From a bacterium (GTDB lineage: Bacteria; Patescibacteriota; Minisyncoccia; Minisyncoccales; Minisyncoccaceae): 64,000 bases of DNA. Every line of letters starts with the position of its first letter. Position 1 is the stretch's first letter. The position numbers and the translations under genes were made by a program. The notes under the pieces are model-generated. The model was not told the origin of the DNA and did no database searches. It saw only the letters and a list, made by a program, of their open reading frames with translations. Below are positions 1-9,127 of this stretch, piece after piece. The stretch covers positions 2,070 to 66,069 of the forward strand of contig JALOBW010000004.1 of assembly GCA_023228085.1 (NCBI GenBank), written 5' to 3'.

Positions 1-87
1 TTTTGGAATTTCACAGGAATAGGTCTAATGATATTTTTAATATTATCAGGACTTGGATTGCTTTTCCATTTAACATTTAAGGAGTGA
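1..87 (+). CDS. 3' end of a small membrane protein (truncated by the window edge)
   Basis: Frame 1 open from base 1: FWNFTGIGLMIFLILSGLGLLFHLTFKE*. Hydrophobic; the stop overlaps the AAGGAG RBS of the next gene. Confidence 0.6.
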   Translation, partial: FWNFTGIGLMIFLILSGLGLLFHLTFKE

Positions 88-91
88 TAAT

Positions 92-442
92 ATGAATAAA
101 TTGAAAGCTACATATAGAAGTATATTCCCATTAGGAGTAATAGACCTGTTTAACTCAATATGGAACTGGAAAAGAAACAATATGTCATACAATGATTATC
201 TTAAAATACAGAAGGGAATATATTCATATAGTGAGCTGTGCAATGGAATAGAAATCAGGGGTAGCATTAAGGTTGATGCTATAAATAAAAATCCTGCAAT
301 GGATAAAATAGAGTCTAATTTCAAATCCCTGATTTCAGGATCATCTGAATTTTGGTATTGTGACATAATAACAATTATTGTTCTTGTTTATTATATGCAC
401 AAAGATTGCATATCTAAAATGATAAGGAGGATTAAAATATGA
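92..442 (+). CDS. hypothetical protein
   Basis: 116 aa ORF with AAGGAG RBS; ATGA overlap with the next gene. Confidence 0.7.
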   Translation: MNKLKATYRSIFPLGVIDLFNSIWNWKRNNMSYNDYLKIQKGIYSYSELCNGIEIRGSIKVDAINKNPAMDKIESNFKSLISGSSEFWYCDIITIIVLVYYMHKDCISKMIRRIKI

Positions 443-1668
443 CACTATCTAGTAATAAAATTAGGATCAAAAAAGAAACAAATGAATGCTATAAATGCAA
501 GTCAACCACATGTCTTCACTTAATAGACCAAAAATATAACATTTATATCTGTAATAGATGTAAATGTAGATATATTAAAAAATGTCATTTTTGCCAGAAG
601 GAAATAGTTCCAAGCCTATTAAGCCATATCTATTTAAATGATGATGTCGGTTCAGTATGTTGTATTCAATGTGCAGAGAAATATGTTTCAACTTGCAGCT
701 CTTGTGGGTGTCAATGTAAATCATCTAATGTGGAATATTGTGATAAGTGTAGAGCATTTTATTGCAAAGGAGATTGCTTTAATCATCATTATTGCAACGA
801 AACAATAAGGCACCATAGCTTTAAACCCATCCCCCTGTTCCACACTAGAAATGGGGCATTGATACGCCAAAATCAACTGAAAAGGGGTTTATTTATTGGA
901 ATAGAACTCGAAGTTGAATGTGGAGACGAGAGCGATAGAATAGCCAATCATTTAGTTAATATTTTCTCAAACAATGGAAATAATTTTTATTTAAAAGAAG
1001 ATGGATCACTTAATGATGGAGGATTTGAAATAGTTACACATCCAATGCATATAGAACGATTTATGTCTATGCCATGGGATGATATACTAAAATTCCTATC
1101 TAAAAGTGGTGCGTCATCCCATAGTCCATCAACCTGTGGGCTCCATGTTCACTTTAATAATAGCTATTATAGAAAACCATGCTCAAAAAGGAACCCGTCA
1201 AAGCAATTTGTTACTAACAGGATTAAGTTAGTTAATTTTTTCAATAAGAACTGGAAGGAATTGTCCATAATATCAAAAAGGGAAGAGTTCAATTATTGCC
1301 ATAAAAATCCCAAAATAAAGGACATAGTTTGCTTAAATGATCGTCAAGACACATGGGTAGAAGCTAAAAGAAATTGGTCTGACTATATCAATGGTCATTT
1401 ATCATGTGGAAGATATCAAGCAGTAAACACCGCTGGAGTCCATACAACAGAAATTAGGTTGTGGAGAGGAACCCTTAGCCCAATATCATTTAAGGGATTG
1501 ATACTACTAACGCATGCAATTATCAAGCAGTGCAAAAATGATAAAATTACAAAAACATCCACCATTAGAGATGTTATCAATAAAATGAAAAAAAGAGATC
1601 GGGATATAGTGTTGGAAATGATACAGTCTAGAGATAGACGCAATAAAACTTCAATCATAAATAGCTAA
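439..1668 (+). CDS. putative amidoligase (COOH-NH2 ligase type 2, Amidoligase_2-like) with N-terminal CxxC-rich region, copy A
   Basis: Motifs FIGIELEV, EDGSL, GFEIVTHP, TCGLHVHF, RYQAVN, TEIRLWRGTL; about 6 CxxC pairs in the N-terminal 120 aa. Confidence 0.85.
   Translation: MTLSSNKIRIKKETNECYKCKSTTCLHLIDQKYNIYICNRCKCRYIKKCHFCQKEIVPSLLSHIYLNDDVGSVCCIQCAEKYVSTCSSCGCQCKSSNVEYCDKCRAFYCKGDCFNHHYCNETIRHHSFKPIPLFHTRNGALIRQNQLKRGLFIGIELEVECGDESDRIANHLVNIFSNNGNNFYLKEDGSLNDGGFEIVTHPMHIERFMSMPWDDILKFLSKSGASSHSPSTCGLHVHFNNSYYRKPCSKRNPSKQFVTNRIKLVNFFNKNWKELSIISKREEFNYCHKNPKIKDIVCLNDRQDTWVEAKRNWSDYINGHLSCGRYQAVNTAGVHTTEIRLWRGTLSPISFKGLILLTHAIIKQCKNDKITKTSTIRDVINKMKKRDRDIVLEMIQSRDRRNKTSIINS
1021..1047 (+). 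repeat. 27-bp exact direct repeat, second copy at 3791-3817
   Basis: GGATTTGAAATAGTTACACATCCAATG (encodes GFEIVTHPM) in both ligases. Confidence 0.95.
1131..1160 (+). repeat. 30-bp exact direct repeat, second copy at 3901-3930
   Basis: AACCTGTGGGCTCCATGTTCACTTTAATAA (encodes TCGLHVHFN) in both ligases. Confidence 0.95.
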
Positions 1669-1670
1669 AT

Positions 1671-1721
1671 GAGGTGTAATATGTGTGTGATAATATACAA
1701 GCATAGCAAAGCAAAACTACC
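1671..1721 (+). repeat. 51-bp exact direct repeat, second copy at 4532-4582
   Basis: GAGGTGTAATATGTGTGTGATAATATACAAGCATAGCAAAGCAAAACTACC is identical in both copies; it covers the RBS and first codons of each amidotransferase. Confidence 0.95.
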
Positions 1722-2706
1722 TACTTCTGATATATTAACAGAAGCATCAAAAAGAAATCCTGATGGAATTGGAATTGCATATACCACAAATGGCAAAAAG
1801 AAAGTCATGATCGAAAAAGGGATATCACTTGACTACCTATTATCAATAAATAAAGAAGGTGAATATCTATCAAACCAATCAGTAATTTATCACTTCAGGA
1901 TAGCAACTAGTGGAGGTAAAGAAAAATCCCATTGTCATCCATTTCCACTATCTGAAAAATTGGATGACCTATCTTCAACTGAAGGCTTATTTAATACAGT
2001 CCTTGCTCACAATGGACGCATGTCTAGTTTTGAAAACAACAAAGAATATAGTGATTCTCAAATGTTTATACACAAAATAGTAAGCAAGTTAAGCTTCAAT
2101 GACCTTTCATCTATTAAAATAAGGAGACTATTTAAAGCTGCAACACAAGGCAGTAGATTCATATTTCTTAATAAAAATGGGAATATATGTAAATTTGGGC
2201 AATGGATAAAAGAGGGTGGTCTTTGGTATTCCAATGATACTTTAACTAAAAAGAAAACAACAAAACTTGTAACAGCATATCAATATGACTATCTAGACTA
2301 TGGTTGCTATAATGACTATGGATGTAGCTATAACTACAAGATAAGCAAGAATCATGATAATAAATCCATAGATACATCATGTCCCGATAATGAAGGCATC
2401 CCTAAATGCCACTCATATCTAAATTCTGGTGGAATATCATGTAAATACTGCATGTCAGTGCCGGCAACAATTTATTGTGATGATTTTTTTAACGTGAGCC
2501 TGTGCTATAAATGCTATCAAGAATTTAAATTAAACCAAGGCAATAAAGCTACCGACCATTGCTCTATGTGCAACAAAAGTGAAATTGACAATGGTGGAAA
2601 GCTATGGAATTATGTTTCTGGATTTGAAGACTGCTCACTATGTGATTCTTGCAAAGAAGAAGTGTTAAAAACATCAAATAGCAAAGGAGAAAATCATGCC
2701 AAATAG
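1681..2706 (+). CDS. class II (Ntn) glutamine amidotransferase with C-terminal CxxC-rich tail, copy A
   Basis: Start moved to ATG 1681 (GAGGTG RBS) so that Cys follows Met (MCVII). Motifs NPDGIG, HFRIATSG, CHPF, AHNG. Confidence 0.85.
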   Translation: MCVIIYKHSKAKLPTSDILTEASKRNPDGIGIAYTTNGKKKVMIEKGISLDYLLSINKEGEYLSNQSVIYHFRIATSGGKEKSHCHPFPLSEKLDDLSSTEGLFNTVLAHNGRMSSFENNKEYSDSQMFIHKIVSKLSFNDLSSIKIRRLFKAATQGSRFIFLNKNGNICKFGQWIKEGGLWYSNDTLTKKKTTKLVTAYQYDYLDYGCYNDYGCSYNYKISKNHDNKSIDTSCPDNEGIPKCHSYLNSGGISCKYCMSVPATIYCDDFFNVSLCYKCYQEFKLNQGNKATDHCSMCNKSEIDNGGKLWNYVSGFEDCSLCDSCKEEVLKTSNSKGENHAK

Positions 2707-4540
2707 AGAATACCTAACAAGAACAACAAGAAACATAATTGACAGCATGGCTGAAAATATTATGAATTCAAGCTTCCAAATAAGGGGAATCAATATGACA
2801 GATGAACCATGTGCCCCACGAATAGGAAGTGAGTCATGCTCTACTGTTACAGCAGAGACAATCGACCCAAGCAATAAAGCCAATCTAATAATTGGTTGCT
2901 ATGGATGTTCTTTTAATTGCCGGATATGCAATGGAGAGGTGGGAAGGAGAGATAGTAGCGTTGTCCTTACTCCTAGCTTATTAGATTTAAACAATGATTT
3001 AAGTATTAGTCGTAGTGATTTCGAAAGAAGCATTGTCGGCCCTAGAATATGCATTAAGTGTGCAAAGCAAATAGTGGATGGTGAACATTTTCATAGATGC
3101 CACGGTTGTGGATTATGGAGTTTTGAACCTCATGGAAAATATTTAGAAGGCTCCAATACCAGGAATAGTGTATGGGTTTGCAATAGCTGTTTAGAATGTT
3201 CTAAGTTTACATGTTCTCACTGTAATAGAACATTGTATTCAATAACAACAATGTCATGGAGATTATTTAACAATAATACAGTTTGTGACAGATGCAAGAA
3301 ACTTCATTATTTCATATGTAGTGACTGCCATAATGGGTTTCCAAATAATGAAGCATTAATAGATCCAGTTACTGGCGAGCATCTTTGCGGTAGTTGCTAT
3401 CCAAGTAGATTTGTTGTATGCACATTATGTGGCAGATCTGCTCACATTAGAACCACTATGAGCCTTGGAGATAGACTGCTATGTAGAGATTGTGTAAATA
3501 GTTCAAGGGGATATGAAGTTGAGCCAGTTAAACCATACAACTACAAGCCAAGCATATTCAATTTTTATACATATACAAGCAAAGATGTTAAAAATAATGA
3601 TGTGACTGGCTATGATCTATTTAACATCTCTAATGAAGAAGATAGCAAGAAGCTATATCTTGGGATAGAAGTAGAGATAGATGGGTTCAATTCAACTAGT
3701 GCAAAGGAAAGATGTGCCCTTGATATTCTGAAACAATTTTCCAACAAGGAAAAAATATTTTACATTAAACATGACGGATCTTTAAGATGTGGATTTGAAA
3801 TAGTTACACATCCAATGGAGCTACAAGCACTATTCCTTATTCCTTGGAATGAAATATTTAATATAGCAAAGTCTTACGGAGCCTATGCATTTAAAGAAAA
3901 AACCTGTGGGCTCCATGTTCACTTTAATAAGTCCTATTATGGATGTAATTTAAGTAAGCCAAGAACATCATCATACAATAAACCTTTTATGGAAAAAGCC
4001 TTGAGATTATTAGATTTTATCAATAAAAATTTTATGGAATTATCAAAAATTTCAAGGAGATGCAACAATAATTATAGGTGTATGCTTAAAGAAAGTGATT
4101 TGCCAATAGAAATAGATCAAGGCTACACTCATTGCATTAAAAATTGTGGCAAACCATGCTCCTTTAGATATTGCAGAAAGCAACATACTGTTAAAAATTT
4201 AATGAAAAGGATTAAAAAATATGGAGGTAGAAGACTTTACAATGTAGCAGATCTTTACAATGGTTCTATTATAGATAAATATTCAGCTTGCAATTTAACC
4301 AACTTCTCCACAATAGAGATCAGATTGTGGAGGGGAACATTGAATGTAGAAAGCTTCAAAAGTTTAATATTATTAACCTATCTAATAATACAACACGTCC
4401 ATGACACAAATAAATCAAAATCAATAAAAATTATTGATATTGTAGCACAGTCTAAACAACTACAGGATGATCAAAAAACCAAGTTGATTGGATTCATAGC
4501 TAAAAGAATATCAAGCAATTCTATAGCAGGAGAGGTGTAA
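2696..4540 (+). CDS. putative amidoligase (Amidoligase_2-like) with long CxxC array, copy B
   Basis: Motifs YLGIEVEI, HDGSL, GFEIVTHP, TCGLHVHF, KYSACN, TIEIRLWRGTL; about 11 CxxC pairs before the ligase domain. Confidence 0.85.
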   Translation: MPNREYLTRTTRNIIDSMAENIMNSSFQIRGINMTDEPCAPRIGSESCSTVTAETIDPSNKANLIIGCYGCSFNCRICNGEVGRRDSSVVLTPSLLDLNNDLSISRSDFERSIVGPRICIKCAKQIVDGEHFHRCHGCGLWSFEPHGKYLEGSNTRNSVWVCNSCLECSKFTCSHCNRTLYSITTMSWRLFNNNTVCDRCKKLHYFICSDCHNGFPNNEALIDPVTGEHLCGSCYPSRFVVCTLCGRSAHIRTTMSLGDRLLCRDCVNSSRGYEVEPVKPYNYKPSIFNFYTYTSKDVKNNDVTGYDLFNISNEEDSKKLYLGIEVEIDGFNSTSAKERCALDILKQFSNKEKIFYIKHDGSLRCGFEIVTHPMELQALFLIPWNEIFNIAKSYGAYAFKEKTCGLHVHFNKSYYGCNLSKPRTSSYNKPFMEKALRLLDFINKNFMELSKISRRCNNNYRCMLKESDLPIEIDQGYTHCIKNCGKPCSFRYCRKQHTVKNLMKRIKKYGGRRLYNVADLYNGSIIDKYSACNLTNFSTIEIRLWRGTLNVESFKSLILLTYLIIQHVHDTNKSKSIKIIDIVAQSKQLQDDQKTKLIGFIAKRISSNSIAGEV

Positions 4541-4541
4541 T

Positions 4542-5642
4542 ATGTGTGTGATAATATACAAGCATAGCAAAGCAAAACTACCAGATAGAGATAAATTGAG
4601 ACTAGCGGCATCCGAAAATCCAGATGGAGTAGGATTGGCATATACACATAACAATAAGGTAATTATTAAAAAGGGAATTAACCTTAAGCAGTTATTTGAC
4701 ATGGAAAGTTTATTATCAGATAAGACTGTAATTTATCACTTTAGAATAGCGACTAGTGGAATTAAAACTAGCAAGAACCAATGCCATCCATTTCCACTAT
4801 CTGGCAATTTTGAAGATCTTGAAAAATTAGAGACATCATGCAATACAGCAATAGCACACAATGGGCATTTAATTGGATATTACAGTGATAGGTACTCAGA
4901 TACCCAAGTGTTTATTAAGACAGTATTGAATGGTTTTGTATTTAACGACATATACTATAATCAAAAAATAAAATTACTATTTGAATCTACAATAGATGGA
5001 GATAGATTTATATTTATGAACAAGGATGGTAGGATAGTTAAATTCGGAACATGGTTTAAACATGAAGGAATTTGGTATTCCAACAATTCCATGTTTAAAT
5101 ATAACTACAAGACTACTGTTATTAAGAGTTCCCACAACGAAAATGTTAATAATTACATACATCATAGATCATGCGCTACATGTGGAACTGAACTTCATGC
5201 AGCAGATGGAGTTGCATTTAGTTCAATTATCAATGACCATGTTTGCTTACACTGCAATAGCATACTCATTAAAATGCAGAGAGCCAAGACAAATGATATT
5301 AAAGTATATCAATGTGAATCTTGTAAGAAGTATAAAAAAGATGTATATAGAGAGCCTAAATCTGGAAGTATGATGTGCATGGACTGCTGGTCATCTTATA
5401 ATGTTGCTCATGGCTCAAAGGTTGAATCAACTGGAAGTTGTGGGATATGTAATCATGAATTTCAAGTTCTTTACTACAATTCGCTGGTTAAAAAAATGAT
5501 ATGCTTAACTTGCTGGATAAATAAGGATATAATAAAAGGTCAAATGCTTAAAAATGAAATAGCAACAAAATCAAATGAAAAAGGCAAGGAGGATTGTGAA
5601 TGTCTAAAAGAAGATCAGCTCACTATAGTATCAGCAGATTAA
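4542..5642 (+). CDS. class II (Ntn) glutamine amidotransferase with C-terminal CxxC-rich tail, copy B
   Basis: MCVII start; motifs NPDGVG, HFRIATSG, CHPF, AHNG; about 6 CxxC pairs in the tail. Confidence 0.85.
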   Translation: MCVIIYKHSKAKLPDRDKLRLAASENPDGVGLAYTHNNKVIIKKGINLKQLFDMESLLSDKTVIYHFRIATSGIKTSKNQCHPFPLSGNFEDLEKLETSCNTAIAHNGHLIGYYSDRYSDTQVFIKTVLNGFVFNDIYYNQKIKLLFESTIDGDRFIFMNKDGRIVKFGTWFKHEGIWYSNNSMFKYNYKTTVIKSSHNENVNNYIHHRSCATCGTELHAADGVAFSSIINDHVCLHCNSILIKMQRAKTNDIKVYQCESCKKYKKDVYREPKSGSMMCMDCWSSYNVAHGSKVESTGSCGICNHEFQVLYYNSLVKKMICLTCWINKDIIKGQMLKNEIATKSNEKGKEDCECLKEDQLTIVSAD

Positions 5643-5671
5643 GTTATAAAATAATTAAAGGAGGTAGATTG

Positions 5672-5779
5672 ATGTATAAGATGAGTGTCTGGATGTCAGG
5701 CAATCCTATGAAGATATTTAAATACTACCTTCGCAAATTAGCAATAAGAAGAGGCGTAAATATATTAAACAAAATGTAA
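5672..5779 (+). CDS. small basic protein (35 aa), not in the ORF track
   Basis: AAGGAGGT RBS; MYKMSVWMSGNPMKIFKYYLRKLAIRRGVNILNKM*; fills the gap between neighbouring genes. Confidence 0.55.
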   Translation: MYKMSVWMSGNPMKIFKYYLRKLAIRRGVNILNKM

Positions 5780-5790
5780 TGAGGTGCATC

Positions 5791-6360
5791 ATGGAAGAAA
5801 AACAAAAAAGATTCTTTACCAATAACCAGAGAAAAGAACTTGCTAATAGGATTAGCAATAAAATGGTTATGCATCCAATATTCCTGGAAAACATAATGGA
5901 TGTAATTGAGGACTACTTAATAAATAACACTAAAAGAAACAAGGTTGCTATCAATACATCCCATGGTGGATTTAGATTATCGACAGAAGCTGTTATAGAA
6001 TTGATTAAACTAGAATCAGATGCTTTAGTGAAGACTCTCATTAAACATGTTCATAGTAGCCGTGGGGATATTTCCAACTATCCAGACATAATTGAAGAGA
6101 AGTATTTATGTAATAAATCAAGTGGGTATTATGATGGGGTTGTTTGTGGTGAGTATATTTATAGTCCCCATATCTATAATAGTATTAGAGAAAGAAACCA
6201 CCCAGATTTAATTGCAGTAATAGAGAAATTAGGGACCAATGCTGCATCTGCACGTGGGTCCGATATTAATATTATAACACTTGATGATTGTGAGATTGGA
6301 GGAAGGATATACATAAATGAATACGATGGCAGAGAGTCATTGGACTATTCAAAAAGATGA
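5791..6360 (+). CDS. conserved phage hypothetical protein
   Basis: GAGGTG RBS before ATG 5791. The pattern KVAIN..GGFRLS...R.HPDLIAVIEKLG...INEYDGRES resembles a widespread uncharacterised phage family (recalled, not searched). Confidence 0.7.
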   Translation: MEEKQKRFFTNNQRKELANRISNKMVMHPIFLENIMDVIEDYLINNTKRNKVAINTSHGGFRLSTEAVIELIKLESDALVKTLIKHVHSSRGDISNYPDIIEEKYLCNKSSGYYDGVVCGEYIYSPHIYNSIRERNHPDLIAVIEKLGTNAASARGSDINIITLDDCEIGGRIYINEYDGRESLDYSKR

Positions 6361-6405
6361 CAACCATAACTTGAAATTCTAACTTGGAAAGTATATATTA
6401 TTAAT

Positions 6406-6624
6406 ATGACAGAAGCAAAATCAAGAAAAGAAAAATCACTTGGGGCATTAGGATCTATCGAGATTAGAATACCACTCCCAGATTCTCTTAAGTTTTTAAT
6501 TGGCAAAACTGAATGTATCTGTGGATCAATTTGGGACAATAGAGAAATGAGAATATTAAAATCTAACAAATGCCCCAAGTGCTTAAATTATTTTAAGGAG
6601 GATAAGGAAAATGACAGCAAATGA
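6406..6624 (+). CDS. small hypothetical protein, possible zinc ribbon
   Basis: CICG...CPKC motifs. Confidence 0.6.
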   Translation: MTEAKSRKEKSLGALGSIEIRIPLPDSLKFLIGKTECICGSIWDNREMRILKSNKCPKCLNYFKEDKENDSK

Positions 6625-6985
6625 TAAAAAGAATGTATTTTGTGATGATGGATTTGATCCAAACAATGAGATGTGTATAAATTGCATACATTCAAGTGAA
6701 TGTAAAGACTGGACATTGACCTGGAGAACAATAGAGGATGTTAAGGATAGAAAATCCACAAATCCAGAATCTGACTCTGACGATGACATCCAGGTAGGGG
6801 TAGAATTACTCCAGAGAATGAACTTGCTAGATCAAAATGAAATTGCACTAAGAAAGGAGATTAATAAAATTAACATTAAACTAAATAGGATGATAGAGTT
6901 AGAATTTGGAAAAGATGAACTTGAGTTCATAAATACCCTGGTCAATGATGATCTATTGGCCAACTCAGGAAATCTAGGAAAGTAG
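6611..6985 (+). CDS. hypothetical protein (Cys motif, acidic linker, coiled coil)
   Basis: AAGGA RBS; CINCIHSSEC; predicted helical C-terminus. Confidence 0.65.
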   Translation: MTANDKKNVFCDDGFDPNNEMCINCIHSSECKDWTLTWRTIEDVKDRKSTNPESDSDDDIQVGVELLQRMNLLDQNEIALRKEINKINIKLNRMIELEFGKDELEFINTLVNDDLLANSGNLGK

Positions 6986-6994
6986 GTGAGCATT

Positions 6995-7306
6995 ATGGCA
7001 CCAAAATTCAATACAGGAATAGTAGATCTATTAGGCTATGATTTAATTAAAAGTTTTTTTGAATTTAACTTAAGGAGCAAAAATTCTCTTGGAGATACGT
7101 TTTATGGCATGGAGTGTAAAATATGTGGAGAAGGATTCGAAAGTGACAGTTATGCAAATCAAAGAGACCATATTAAACAGCATCTTCATCAAGAAGAAAT
7201 TGAAGAAGCTAAAAAATATTTAACTGGATTAATTAAAGTAAGCAAGAAAATACACACTTTGGGTAAAATACCACTACACAATTTATCTATAAGGAGAACA
7301 GTATGA
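6995..7306 (+). CDS. hypothetical protein with C2H2-like zinc finger
   Basis: AGGTGAG RBS before ATG 6995; CKIC...HIKQH. Confidence 0.65.
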   Translation: MAPKFNTGIVDLLGYDLIKSFFEFNLRSKNSLGDTFYGMECKICGEGFESDSYANQRDHIKQHLHQEEIEEAKKYLTGLIKVSKKIHTLGKIPLHNLSIRRTV

Positions 7307-7854
7307 ATAGTGTAAGCCAAGAAAACAATGAAATTAAAACAACTCTTGATGGAATTGAAGATCTAGAGAAGATGTTCCCATTAGTAATACCTTTCAATAG
7401 GGATGGCTCCATGGTTCACATTGACTGCAATATAGCACCACCAGTTTCCAGAGATCGTGAAGGACTATCAGAATTCTTTATTAACAAATTAGCTTTACTA
7501 AATGATGTTAAAGCATTACTGGATCATGATATTGGGATTGCCAAGCTAGAGTTTGACCACCTTAAATCTGAACTTGAAACCTGGATAGACATAGAGGTGT
7601 CTCAAATAGGAATTGATTGCAGAGAAAAGGAACGATCTGGAGAAATAAAGAAGATTACAGATGAAGAGGTTAAGGATAGAAAGAAAGCCATGACTCCTCA
7701 AATGTTTGCATACATTACTTCTCGAAAATCTACATTAAAGACATTGGAATCAAACATATACCTACAGGAAAAAGATCTTTCCAGGGTCAAAGGTAAAATC
7801 AAGGTTTGTGAATGGGCATTAAAGCTAATAACTAACAATGATAAGGATGAATAA
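7303..7854 (+). CDS. coiled-coil protein, possibly a recombination mediator
   Basis: AAGGAG RBS; helical heptad pattern; lies upstream of recA. Function inferred only from position. Confidence 0.5.
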   Translation: MNSVSQENNEIKTTLDGIEDLEKMFPLVIPFNRDGSMVHIDCNIAPPVSRDREGLSEFFINKLALLNDVKALLDHDIGIAKLEFDHLKSELETWIDIEVSQIGIDCREKERSGEIKKITDEEVKDRKKAMTPQMFAYITSRKSTLKTLESNIYLQEKDLSRVKGKIKVCEWALKLITNNDKDE

Positions 7855-7856
7855 TT

Positions 7857-7964
7857 ATGTTATTTAAAAAGAAGTTCATAGGCGACGAAGAAGAAATAGG
7901 AGAGGATGAAGCTGATGAGATGGAATATCAAGGTGATGATGATGATTGGGATTGGGATGATTAG
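7857..7964 (+). CDS. highly acidic 35-aa micropeptide, not in the ORF track
   Basis: MLFKKKFIGDEEEIGEDEADEMEYQGDDDDWDWDD*; fills the gap before recA. Confidence 0.55.
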   Translation: MLFKKKFIGDEEEIGEDEADEMEYQGDDDDWDWDD

Positions 7965-7978
7965 AAAGGACAATAATA

Positions 7979-9127
7979 ATGGTTAAAAAGGTTATTACAC
8001 CAGAAAATCCTCAAGAGGATAACACTGGTATCGTTCAGCAGCCCCCCGCTTCTCTCGAAAGTTCTTTGGCTATAAACCCTTACGTTAACCATAAATCTAT
8101 TATGGAATATAGGGAAAACAAGCCTTTCTTTGACACTGGAATACCATCATTAAACTATGCCTTAAGAAAGGAATCAGGAGATGGATTGCCAATAGGCTTG
8201 TTTATAGAGCTACTTGGAGAGGATAAATCTGGTAAAACAGCGCTTCTCATCTATTTAGCTAAAACTATATTAGATGGTGGTGGCATAGTAGTGTGGTTGC
8301 AAAATGAATGCGACCTGGATAGAGAAAGATGTGTTAAGTATGGATTAGATTGGGACAAATATGTAGCATCTGGGCAGCTTTTAATTCTGGAATTTGTAAG
8401 CATAGAAGAGACATTTACTTACATGGAAGTTCAATTAGACAGAATTATAGGATTTAGAAAGAAAGGAGAAACTAGAACTATAGGGATGTTCCTTGACAGT
8501 TTAGTATTTAATACTAACTCTATAACTGAAAATAACAAAGTAGGAGTTAGAGATCAAGGCTGGAGCAATGAACTATTAAAGCAATTCATTAACAAATGCC
8601 ACATTAAGCTAATCCAAGCAAGGGTTTTAATGATTGCTACCAATCAACTTGATAAGAGTGAAAACAAATGGGAAAAATCCCACCTTAGAAATAGAGGTAA
8701 AGGAGGAGGTAAAGTTATAAGGTATGCTATTGCAGGTCAAATTCTCATAGAGAAGTTTAGAGAATGGGATAGTGGCTCTGGGTATAGCACCATAGTTACA
8801 ATAAGAAACACAAAGTTTGGAGAGCCAAACAAGAAAACCATGTTAGATTTTATCTATGACACTGGATTAGTTCCACACTCTGGGATATTCCACATATTAG
8901 ATGATTCTAAATTTTGGAAGAAGCAAGATGGGCATGGTGAAAGACTTGGATCTTCAGGAAATAAGAAATTCTACCATGAAAAATTAGCTACCCCATTTAT
9001 GATGGATAAGCTATGGGAAGATGATAATATTAGAGAATTCATGATTCAAGATTTAAAGTATTATTATCAAAACAAGATATTTAAAACGACAAAAGCAGAT
9101 TCAGATGAATCAGGAGGTATGGAGTAA
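7979..9127 (+). CDS. recA: RecA/UvsX-like recombinase
   Basis: FFDTGIPSLN, Walker A GEDKSGKT, Walker B MFLDSL, TNQL, GGKVIRY. Confidence 0.85.
   Translation: MVKKVITPENPQEDNTGIVQQPPASLESSLAINPYVNHKSIMEYRENKPFFDTGIPSLNYALRKESGDGLPIGLFIELLGEDKSGKTALLIYLAKTILDGGGIVVWLQNECDLDRERCVKYGLDWDKYVASGQLLILEFVSIEETFTYMEVQLDRIIGFRKKGETRTIGMFLDSLVFNTNSITENNKVGVRDQGWSNELLKQFINKCHIKLIQARVLMIATNQLDKSENKWEKSHLRNRGKGGGKVIRYAIAGQILIEKFREWDSGSGYSTIVTIRNTKFGEPNKKTMLDFIYDTGLVPHSGIFHILDDSKFWKKQDGHGERLGSSGNKKFYHEKLATPFMMDKLWEDDNIREFMIQDLKYYYQNKIFKTTKADSDESGGME

Noticed and set aside
2696-3500. c-type cytochrome (CSDCH motif) in amidoligase B
   Set aside because: A single CxxCH among many CxxC pairs in a protein with no export signal; best read as part of the Zn-ribbon array.
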